10,058 nucleotides of DNA, from positions 1 to 10,058 of the forward strand of contig NW_021827686.1 in NCBI RefSeq assembly GCF_006345805.1, read 5' to 3'. Below are positions 1 through 8,083 of this stretch, piece by piece. The notes beneath the pieces were generated by a model. The model was not told the DNA's origin. It worked only from the letters and a program-made list of their open reading frames with translations, and did no database searches. The DNA comes from Octopus sinensis (Eukaryota). Each line of letters opens with the position of its first letter. Position 1 is the first letter of the stretch. Position numbers and translations under genes: made by a program.

Positions 1-274
1 TTGCTGTCACCTGTTCAATCGGGAGTCGTTTAGTTTCGCTCTGAGGTGACCCTTTGCTTTTCTCTAACTAGGTGGACTTAGACGTTTGAGCGTTAAGTGT
101 CTTGATACCTAGAAGATGCACAGATAGACATCAAGGCACCCAGCAAGAAAGGAAAGACGAACAGACAGACAGAACGAGAGGCTGTTATTTAAAGTAATAT
201 TAAAAATAAACAGATTCAGGCGATATATTTAGATTCGTGTGTAATCAAGATTATATCAGTGCCAGAGCATCGGC

Positions 275-854
275 GTGGTGGTGGTGGTGGTGGTGGTAGT
301 GGTAGTGGTAGTGATGGTGGTGGTGGTTTTGGTGGTTTTGGTGGTAGAGGTGGTAGTTGTGGTGATGGTGGTGGTCATGGTGAGGTGGAGGAGACAAGGT
401 GAGGAATTGCAGAAAAAGGGAATGTCATCATGATCCTGATGATGATGATGATGACGACGTTGATGATGATGGGCATGATGATTATGATGATAGTGGTTGT
501 GGTGCTGATAGTGGTGTTCGTAGTAACAGCAGTGGTTGTGGTTGTGGTGGTGATGGTGACTGTCGTGATGGTCGTGGTGAGGTGGATGAGGAGAGACGTG
601 GTGTTGCAGAAAGAATGGAATGTCATCATGATCTTGATGATGATGATGACAACGACATCGATAGCGAATATGATGATGATGATAATGATAACGACGATGA
701 TGGTGATGGTGGTCGTGGTGTTGAGATGATGATAATGAAGAGAAGGAAGAGGGGGAGGATCATAATAATGATATTGGTGATGATCCTAATGGTGATGTTG
801 ACGATAATGATGTTGATGCTGATGATGGTGATGATGATGATGACGATGATGATA

Positions 855-899
<45 letters not shown>

Positions 900-1158
900 G
901 GGGTGACAATGGTGATGATGATGATGATGATAATAATGGTTGTGATGATGATGGATGATGATGATGATGATGATGATGGTGTGATGATGATGATGATGAT
1001 GATAAAGGTTGTGATGATGATGATGGTGATGGTGATGATGGTGGTGGTGATGATGATATTGATGATGATGAGGATGATGATGATGGTGATGATGATGATG
1101 ATGATGTTAATGATCACGGTGCTGATGATGATGATGATGACGGCGATGGTGACAATGT
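275..1158. repeat. Compound trinucleotide microsatellite/low-complexity array: (GGT)n grading into (GAT)n
   Basis: Seen directly: (GGT)n with GTA/GTT variants from ~275, then GAT-dominated sequence with a pure (GAT)14 run at 857-898. Produces the poly-M/D/V/I/T ORFs. Confidence 0.95.
361..680 (+). repeat. Diverged ~198-bp tandem duplication inside the array
   Basis: ttgcagaaa at 407 and 604. The 17-mer ggaatgtcatcatgatc is exact at 419-435 and 617-633. Each copy is preceded by ggtgaggtgga and followed by (GAT)n. Confidence 0.8.
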
Positions 1159-1469
1159 TTGTGACTACTATTCGATGAAGGTGATTATGGGAGTGCGGTG
1201 TCGAAGGTGCGGGGGAGAAAACTACTTTTAAAATATGTCCAGAAGAGAAACGAAAAAAAAAAGATGATGAAAAAGGAAAACGAAAAAGGAAAACGGGGGA
1301 GGAAACAGAGAGAGGGAGGTGGGGCACATATTATGTAATGTCCCGTTAGCCAAGTACGGTATTTAACAGAAAATTCTTGCAGCGGACTCGGAAAGAGAAG
1401 AAAATCACCAAAGGTTTTTTTTGGCTTTTTTGAAAGGGATTTTAATGCCTAAATAGTCGGCCATTTTGA

Positions 1470-1590
1470 AACACCCACAAACACTTACAAACAACACACA
1501 AACACACAATTTCACACGCATACACACACGTTCACACACACAGATACACACCCTTACATATACAAACACAAACAACGAAACAAACAAGCG
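1470..1590. repeat. Degenerate (CA)n/AC-rich low-complexity tract
   Basis: acacacaaacacacaa...catacacacacg...cacacacagatacacac. Confidence 0.8.
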
Positions 1591-1784
1591 GATTGCGCAA
1601 GAGATGAAACTTTCGATGTAGTTATTAAAAAACAAAATAATGAAATGAGAAAACAATGGCAGAAAGAAGCAAAGCGAAAAGTAAAAAATATTGCTGGTTC
1701 GTAAAGGCAGACGAAGATATGGGAGACCCGTCAAGTGGAAGCAAATGACGAAGGGACGCAGAAAATAGAAGGGGTGACTATTAG

Positions 1785-1894
1785 TACTACAACAACAACA
1801 ACAACAGAAACAAGAAATGGTCGTGGTGGTGGTAGTAGTTGTGGTGATGATGGTGGTGGTAGTGGTGGAGGTGGAGGTGGTGGTGACAGTAGTA

Positions 1895-1958
<64 letters not shown>

Positions 1959-2118
1959 CAGCAGCAGTAGTAGTAGTAGTAGTAGTAGTAGTAATGGTGG
2001 TAGTGATGGTGCTGGCGCTGGTTTTGGTGGTGGTAGTGGTGGTGGTGGTGGTGGTGGTGGTGGTGGTGTAGTAGTAGTAGTAGTGATGGTGGTGGTGGTA
2101 GTGGTGGTGGTGGTGGTT

Positions 2119-2171
<53 letters not shown>
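1785..2171. repeat. Compound microsatellite (ACA)n-(GGT)n-(AGT)n-(GGT)n-(GTA)n
   Basis: Long AGT/TAG runs at ~1888-1992 and ~2118-2170, separated by GGT blocks. The last run abuts the 3' end of the minus-strand SINE at 2172. Confidence 0.95.
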
Positions 2172-2362
2172 TCTTTCCATTAGAGGCACAAAACCTGAAA
2201 CTTTACGGGACAGAACTTGTCGATTACGTTGACCCCCCACCCGCCAAGGACGCGGCCGGCGCTTATTTCATCGACCCCGAAAGGATGAAAGGCAAAGTTG
2301 ACCTCGACGGCATTTGAACTCATATCGTGATGATTCGGAAGATGTGTTGCTAATCATTTCAT
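2172..2362 (-). mobile_element. tRNA-derived SINE, family A, diverged copy with 5' head partly lost
   Basis: 2270-2306 is 36/37 identical to the reverse complement of 4763-4799 (core ...cctttcatcctttcggggtcgat). B-box remnant atttgaactc at 2312-2321. gtcgattacgttgacccc at 2219-2236 matches the gggtcgatgtaatcgac segment of the plus-strand copies. Confidence 0.88.
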
Positions 2363-2385
2363 CCTTCGTTGTATTAATAGTAATT

Positions 2386-2606
2386 TGGTTTTAATTAAAT
2401 GCACGTGACCAGCAGTTTTGAGGGAAAAGGGAGAAATCCCGTTACATCGACCCCCAGTATATCACTAGTACTTCGTTTTTATCGATTCCAAAAAAAGACG
2501 AAAGCAAAAATTTGCCAAAGCATTTCAGATCAGAACCTGAAGAGCCGGAAAAAAATATGCCACTAACTGTTTTGTTCGGCATGCTAACAATTTCTGCCGG
2601 TCTCCC
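2386..2606 (-). mobile_element. tRNA-derived SINE, family A, old near full-length copy
   Basis: Colinear similarity to the reverse complement of the 4681 copy: ttacatcgacccccagt (2442-2458), tagtactt...atcga, cagaacctgaagagccggaa, ggcatgctaacaatttctgcc (head, 2578-2598). Degenerate AT-rich tail at ~2371-2385. Confidence 0.75.
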
Positions 2607-2617
2607 GATGAAGTTCT

Positions 2618-2618
<1 letters not shown>

Positions 2619-2651
<33 letters not shown>

Positions 2652-2686
2652 GGTGGCGGTGGTGGTGGTGGTGATAATGATGATGG

Positions 2687-2738
<52 letters not shown>

Positions 2739-2788
2739 GGTGGTGGTGGTGGTGGTGGTGGTGGTGATAATGATGATGGTGATGATGA

Positions 2789-2821
<33 letters not shown>

Positions 2822-2860
2822 CTGTGGTGGTGGTGGTGATAATGATGATGGTGTTGATGA

Positions 2861-2894
<34 letters not shown>

Positions 2895-3289
2895 GGTGGT
2901 GGTGGTGGTGGTGATGGTGGTCGGCGTGGTGCAGCTGATGTTGATCATTCCGCCTGTGGCGTTGTTGGAGATGTTAATATTGATGACGGTGATGATGAGG
3001 AGGAAGAGGAGAATCTGGATGATGATGGTCATGATGAGGATGATGATGATGATTATGATGGAGAAAACAGCAATGATGATGAAGATGGTGATGATGACGA
3101 TGATTATGATGATGATGACGATGATGGTGGTGGTGGTGATGATGATGATGATGATGATGATGATGACGATGATGATGATGATGATGATTATGATATTGAT
3201 GATGATTATGATGATGGTGATTAAATTTGTAGTGCTGGCGGTCCGGGTTGTGGTGTAACTGGTGTCGATTTTGACGACTTCGAAAACGC

Positions 3290-3322
<33 letters not shown>

Positions 3323-3388
3323 CGACTATGATGATGATGACCACGATGATGGTGATGTGATGACGATGATGACGAAGATGATGACGAT
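2619..3388. repeat. Compound (GAT)n/(GGT)n array with higher-order repeat
   Basis: Alternating GAT and GGT blocks. The junction motif gataatgatgatggtg recurs at 2673, 2766 and 2838. Confidence 0.95.
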
Positions 3389-3434
3389 TTTCGTTATTTG
3401 CCACAGGGGCATCAGATGGTGGGATATTAATAAT

Positions 3435-3517
3435 GCCACCGCCATCACCTACAACCCTACCATCACCTCCATCACCACCACCACCACCACAACAATAACA
3501 ACAACAACAGCAGCAGC
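3435..3517. repeat. Compound (CAC/CAT)n-(AAC)n-(AGC)n microsatellite
   Basis: caccaccaccaccaccacaacaataacaacaacaacagcagcagc. Strand polarity is opposite to the upstream arrays. Confidence 0.85.
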
Positions 3518-4680
3518 AAAAACCTCAATAATAACCATAACAGATAAAATGGCCAGCAGAGAAGTCAAAAAAATTTGTCGATCTAATTTCTTGAATTTCA
3601 TTTTATATTTTAAAGATGAGGGGAGTAACGGCGATGATGGGGAGGTGGGAAAGATGCTGCAAGAAATTTCAAAATTCCAATCAGCTCAACCAATTTCGAA
3701 ACTCGTCAGGAATTTTTCGAGTTTATTTTATTTCTCTTTATTTATTTTTTTCTTTTTTCGTTTTTTTTTTACAAATGAAAATTTTGACACTTTTCAGGAA
3801 ACAAAATTGTTTACTATATTCTTTTTTCTTTTATTTCGTTGTTTTTTGTTTTGTTTTTCGTTTTTGTTTTTTTTTTGTGGGGTGGGGTTGTCTTTTCTTT
3901 TTTAAATACGAGGGAGGTTTTAAGCTGGATGAATTGATAGCTAAAACCGACTGATGGCGTTTGTCGATCGAAGAATAGGCAAGCCTATCGATTTTAGTCA
4001 GCATGTCGTGCTTCTGGTCTGAAAATATGGTAATAATTTCTGTCCGTGACCAAGATATTTCATGTCCCAACAAGGGATAAGTGAATCGACAGGAGATCCC
4101 CTACGTCAGCAGTTCTAAAATTGACAATTCCCATCTCCCACAAAACAAGAACAAAAATCGCTGAAACTTTTGATGCGCCGCCATTTTCCTTCTATTTTTT
4201 TTATCGAGAAAATAATATAGATTTTTGCTTCCAGATAATTCTTCTGTTTTCCGCCATCATGTGTGTTAGACAAGTTTTTAAAACTTGTAAATATAACACC
4301 TAACTACCACTGTGACTGGAAATCGAAAATGATTTGTTAGCATGTACAAGATACATTCCAGAAGTTTTGAGATTTTTTCGGAAGAAACATTTATTAATGT
4401 CAATGAAGTAGGAGCCTTTGACGTCATGGTTTTGGTTGAGGCAGTCCAGCCACTTCATGGAGGCCCCATGAAAGGCTTCCAAAGTGAAAGTACCCTAGAC
4501 CGACCCTTGTCACACCCGCCTTCGTCTTCTCAATGTCTTCAAAACGACTTACCCTGAGGTTCTTCTTCAGCTTGGGGAACAACCAAAAGTCACAGGGAGC
4601 AAGGTCTGGACTTTAGGGAGGGTCTGGTACAGTTTTTTTTTTTTCATGCCTGTTTCTGTCAAGTAATCAATATTTTGGAC

Positions 4681-4908
4681 GACGAGCTGGCAGAAACGTT
4701 AGCGCGCCGGGCGAAATGCGTAGCCGTATTTCGTCTGTCGTTACGTTGAGTTCAAATTCCGCCGAGGTCGACTTTGCCTTTCATCCTTTCGGGGTCGATA
4801 AATTAAGTACCAGTTACACACTGGGGTCGATGTAATCGACTTAATACCTATGTATGTCCTAGTTTGTCCCTTCTGTGTTTAGCCCCTTGTGGGTAATAAA
4901 GAAATAGG
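4681..4908 (+). mobile_element. tRNA-derived SINE, family A (central domain resembles Meta/MESC type), copy 1 of tandem dimer
   Basis: A-box-like tggcagaaacg (4688-4698) and B box gagttcaaattcc (4748-4760). Core gactttgcctttcatcctttcggggtcgataaattaagtaccag; the Meta/MESC resemblance is from memory. Flanked by the exact 10-bp TSD tattttggac (4671-4680 and 4909-4918). Confidence 0.93.
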
Positions 4909-4924
4909 TATTTTGGACTGTTAG

Positions 4925-5158
4925 AAAAGCGGGGAGCTAGCAGAAACGTTAGCACACCGGGCGAAATACTTAGCGGTATTTCGTCTGTCGTTACGTTGAG
5001 TTCAAATTCCGCCGAGGTCGACTTTGCCTTTCATCCTTTCGGGGTCGATAAATTAAGTACCAGTTACTCACTGGGGTCGATGTAATCGACTTAATACCTA
5101 TGTAAGTCCTAGTTTGTCCCCTCTGTGTTTAGCCCCTTGTGGGTAATAAAGAAATAGG
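4925..5158 (+). mobile_element. tRNA-derived SINE, family A, copy 2 of tandem dimer (250-bp period)
   Basis: A-box-like tagcagaaacg (4938-4948) and B box at 4998-5010. 232/241 identical to 4684-4924. Followed by the same 16-bp flank tattttggactgttag (5159-5174) as copy 1 (4909-4924). Confidence 0.93.
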
Positions 5159-5296
5159 TATTTTGGACTGTTAGCTTGTCATGGTGCCCGTGCCATCAAC
5201 CCGAGTGGAAGAGCTCTGGCCTTTTGCGATGAAATCTGTTCCTGAACTCCTTCAGAACCTCCACAACATACTCTCTGTTGACCTTCTGTCCAGAGT

Positions 5297-5595
5297 GGAG
5301 GCACATGGTCTAGTGGTTAGAGCAGCGGACTCACGGTCGAGAGATCGCGGGTTCGAATCTCAGACCGGGTGATGTGTGTGTTTATGAGTGAAACACCTAA
5401 GCTCCACGCGGCTCCGGCAGAAGGTAATGGCGAACTTCTGCTGACTCTTTCGCCACAACTTTCTCTCACTCTTTCCTCCTGCATCTTGCAGCTCACCTGC
5501 GACGGACCGGCGTCCCGTCCAAGTGGGGAACCTATACGCCACGGAAACCGGGAAACCGGCCCTTATGAGCCAGGCGAGGCTCGAGAAGGAACAAA
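5297..5595 (+). mobile_element. tRNA-derived SINE, family B, full length and apparently young
   Basis: A box tggtctagtgg (5306-5316) and B box ggttcgaatct (5350-5360). The segment cctgcgacggaccggcgtcccgtcca resembles the V-SINE domain (from memory). Short aacaaa tail. Perfect 13-bp TSD cttctgtccagag at 5283-5295 and 5596-5608. Confidence 0.93.
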
Positions 5596-6044
5596 CTTCT
5601 GTCCAGAGGGAACCCGGTGATGCAGATGATGCCCTTTCAGTAATAAAAAAGGAAGATCATCATATCCGTCCAAGTGGACAACCAGCCTCTGGGGGTCAAT
5701 AAGGACGAACTAGCTAATCTGTTAAAGAGCACTTTTGGGCTGTGGGCTAGTGTGGATAACTTCAATAAATCCTCAGCATAACAATATTTTCGAAGGGTAA
5801 TACAGGTTCGGAATAAATTCTACTGAAAAAGAAATGCTACCTGGAAAAACTGTCTGAGATGTGCGCAAACCATTGAAACCTTATTGCATTCAAATATTTT
5901 ACCTGTTCTGTATACTTCCTATTGCATCAACAACTTCCTTTCCTTTTCTTTCTCTCATCTTTTTATATAAAACCCAACACAAGTGGTAAACTATTCTTGA
6001 AAGCTACCCTCGTATCTGATGCCCTAATGGGAAATAAAAGAAAC

Positions 6045-6233
6045 CATTATTATAATTGTCGCATTTGTTGTTGATGTTGTAACAATCAATAACATTATTG
6101 TTGTTGTTGTTATCAACATTATAATCATTATTACTATTACTACTATTTTTATTATTATCATCATTATTTTTATTATTAGTTGTTGTTGTTGTTGTTGTCA
6201 TTATTGTTATTATGGTTATTATTATTATTATTG
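6045..6233. repeat. Degenerate (ATT)n/(GTT)n compound microsatellite
   Basis: Mixed attatt, ttgttg and actact runs. Confidence 0.85.
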
Positions 6234-6504
6234 TGCATAGAGGGATATATATTATTCAAAGGAATTCCAACGATGTCTGTTTTTTATGTTTTATTTATAT
6301 TCTTTATAATATTAATGTAGAATATAGAATATATAGTATAAATAGTATATATATATAATGTAAAATGAAATGAAGTATTGATTGTCTTATTGATTAGATG
6401 AATTATTGAATATCAAATAAGGGACTAGTATACTTTCTTGCATTAAAGCAGTCTTCAAGGTCCCAGGTTGTGACAGGAGTGTTTCAATATATATATACTG
6501 CTTC

Positions 6505-6615
6505 TACGAGGGTTGTATGAAAAGTATTAGGCTTAAAATAAAACAAAACGTGGTACAAGACTTCTGCTGAAGGTACAAGATTTCAGGGCTCAAAAATTGT
6601 CATACAACCCTCATA
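6505..6615. mobile_element. 111-bp mariner-type MITE or internally deleted element
   Basis: Left end tacgagggttgtatgaaaa; right end (reverse complement) tatgagggttgtatgacaa. 17/19 identical, with a perfect 13-bp core gagggttgtatga (6508-6520 / 6600-6612). Both ends terminate in TA, as expected for Tc1/mariner. Confidence 0.8.
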
Positions 6616-6963
6616 TATATATGTATATATATATGTACATGAGGGCTTCTACACTGTTTTCAGATTTACTGTCAAGGCATTGACCACCCGAAGCTATAGT
6701 ACGACAGTACACCACAACTTTTTTTTCACTTGCGGTACACTTATATTCCTATCAATATTCCGCGGCACACCTGAACTAAAACTGTAAGGGGGAAAATTCT
6801 ATTCAGATTATTCTGCGGCACAACTAGCATCGTCTCGTGGCACATCAGCGTGCCGTGGCATGCCGGTTGTGGAGCACTGTAGTAGAAGACACTCACCCAA
6901 GGTGCCGTGTTGTGGGACTGGATCCAAAACTACGAAGTTGCAAAGCGATCTTCTTAATCACAG
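6616..6963 (-). mobile_element. CORE-like tRNA-SINE (family C), old copy with TA-rich tail, interrupted by a hAT-type MITE
   Basis: The reverse complement of 6880-6902 is ccttgggtgagtgtcttctacta (CORE-like ccttgggcaagt motif). Degenerate B box at ~6913-6924. Removing 6705-6887 gives a continuous SINE body. (TA)n/(TATG) tail at ~6613-6637. The family is recognised from memory as an abundant octopus SINE. Confidence 0.72.
6705..6879. mobile_element. 175-bp non-autonomous hAT-type MITE
   Basis: Imperfect TIRs cagtacaccacaac (6705-6718) and reverse-complement cagtgctccacaac (6866-6879), 12/14 identical. 8-bp flanking repeats tagtacga (6697-6704) and tagtagaa (6880-6887), 6/8 identical. Subterminal GCGGCACAC-like repeats at 6732, 6762, 6815 and 6837, and inverted at ~6849. 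Confidence 0.8.
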
Positions 6964-7120
6964 ATGGTTCCTTGGAGTTCGTGGATGGATAGGAGAATGT
7001 GGGGTGATTTGCGGTAGAGGTGTGATGGCATGGTGTGTGACGGTTCGGTGATGGGCGGTAAGTGCTGGTGGAGTTCGGTTCGGTGTGGATGGGGTGGAGT
7101 TGTCTGGTAGGTAATGGTGG

Positions 7121-7173
7121 AGTGTGGAGGTGTGGGGGCGTGTGGAAGCGTGTGGAGGCGTGCGGAGGCGTGT
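7121..7173 (+). repeat. 10-bp G-rich minisatellite (GTGTGGAGGC-like x4-5) at the end of a GT-rich tract (~6980-7173)
   Basis: gtgtgggggc gtgtggaagc gtgtggaggc gtgcggaggc at 7130-7169. Confidence 0.8.
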
Positions 7174-7235
7174 AAAATACGTTGCGAGTAGAGATAGCTT
7201 TCAACAGGATCCCCATCGAGAAGATAAAACTTCAA

Positions 7236-7502
7236 TATATATGAGTGTATCTATATATATATATATTTGCATGTGTGTATATATGTGTGTGTATGCGTGT
7301 GTGCATGCGTATTTCTGTATGTATGTATGTGTCTATATTTATCTATATACATCTGTATGTGTGTATATATACATACATATATATATATATATATATCATA
7401 TATATATATATAATATATATATATATAATATATATATATGTAATAATACATACATACATATATATATACATATATATATATATATTTACATATATATATA
7501 TA

Positions 7503-7552
<50 letters not shown>

Positions 7553-7568
7553 GTATATGCTATTATAT
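7236..7568. repeat. (TA)n/(TG)n/(TACA)n compound microsatellite
   Basis: Direct inspection; source of the YIYI-rich ORFs. Confidence 0.95.
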
Positions 7569-7671
7569 ACAGACAAAGTATTATACAATAAAAAAAGGAA
7601 TAATGATGAAACTTAATGTCTTGGTAATTTTTTTCATTTGTGAAGGAAGAAGAAAAATGAATGAAAGAATG

Positions 7672-7695
7672 AAACAAACAAACAAACAAACAAAC
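7672..7695. repeat. (AAAC)6 tetranucleotide repeat
   Basis: Six exact units. Confidence 0.9.
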
Positions 7696-7944
7696 AAGAC
7701 AAGCAAAGAAAAGAAGCAAATTATTACAGACAAAGAAAAGAGGTGGGTGTAGAAGAATATTTCAGTAATTTTATTTCATTATATATTTTATTTTATTTCT
7801 CCTTATTTTTGTCTTTCGCTTCCATTAGTGAGAACTTAAAAATTATATCAAACAACAACAACATCAAATATATATAATTTCATTTGTTCCCACACGATAC
7901 CCAGCACCTCGAAATTTCTGACAATTTTGACGCAGTTTCACAGT

Positions 7945-8077
7945 TCCTTTATTTAGTCTGTCCTGAAAGAATGAAATGCGAAGTTGGCTTTGACGGTATT
8001 TGAACCCAGAACGTAAAAGAGCTGGAAGACGTTCCCGTCAGCATTTTGTCCGATGCACTAACGAACTCCCATGTCGC
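7945..8077 (-). mobile_element. tRNA-derived SINE, family A, old 3'-truncated copy
   Basis: cctgaaagaatgaaatgcgaagttgg (core), atttgaacccagaacgtaaa (B-box region) and gcattttgtccgatgcactaacg (head) are colinear with the reverse complement of the 4681 copy. Confidence 0.72.
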
Positions 8078-8083
8078 AACTTT

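Larger units (their letters stand above)
4345..5680 (-). mobile_element. Decayed, 5'-truncated mariner (Tc1/mariner) DNA transposon carrying nested SINE insertions
   Basis: Transposase motifs on the minus strand (see pseudogene feature). A TA-initiated putative TIR, tacaagatacattccagaagttttgaga (4345-4372), lies just past the transposase C-terminus. I found no partner TIR and no first catalytic Asp motif; similarity fades at ~5680. Confidence 0.88.
4405..5680 (-). pseudogene. Mariner D,D34D-type transposase pseudogene (catalytic-domain C-terminal half)
   Basis: Manual minus-strand translation: MMIFLFYY*KGII (5663-5625); SGQKVNREYVVEVLKEFRNRFHRKRPELFHSG*WHGHHDK (5294-5175); TVPDPP*SPDLAPCDFWLFPKLKKNLR (4633-4553), matching the mariner HPPYSPDLAP(S/C)DF motif; then SRFEDIEK...EAFHGASMKWL...KGSYF. 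Stops at 5637-5639, 5196-5198 and 4613-4615. Frameshifts include an expanded T12 run at 4633-4644. Confidence 0.92.

Noticed and set aside
52-120. Polypyrimidine tract plus TAG acceptor at 68-70
   Set aside because: All downstream frames close quickly, and there is no clear donor or homology.
1405-1464. Minus-strand ATG in strong context (caaaATGGCCGAC; MADYLGIKIPFKKAKKNLW*)
   Set aside because: Only 19 codons, no recognisable homology and no convincing donor site. Better treated as a YY1-like motif.
375-3905. Long ORFs (259, 233, 169, 165, 320, 248 and 182 aa, etc.)
   Set aside because: They are stop-free frames of trinucleotide arrays (poly-M/D/V/I/T/S), open on both strands at once, with no domain or splice support.
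4671-5174. Direct repeats suggestive of CRISPR or LTRs
   Set aside because: Eukaryotic SINE copies with Pol III boxes. No spacers, no TG…CA ends, no PBS or PPT.
5297-5370. tRNA-like sequence with A and B boxes
   Set aside because: It continues into a 300-bp body bounded by a 13-bp TSD, so it is a SINE head. No convincing acceptor stem for a true tRNA gene.
5680-6040. Possible N-terminal continuation or second TIR of the mariner
   Set aside because: No first catalytic Asp (TGDE-like) motif, no WVP motif and no reverse-complement TIR found, so the element is treated as truncated.
6440-6570. Zinc-finger-like peptide FKVPGCDRSVS…CFYEGCMKS after an AG
   Set aside because: The frame runs through a TA repeat and the MITE TIR, and lacks the His pair. 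Chance resemblance.
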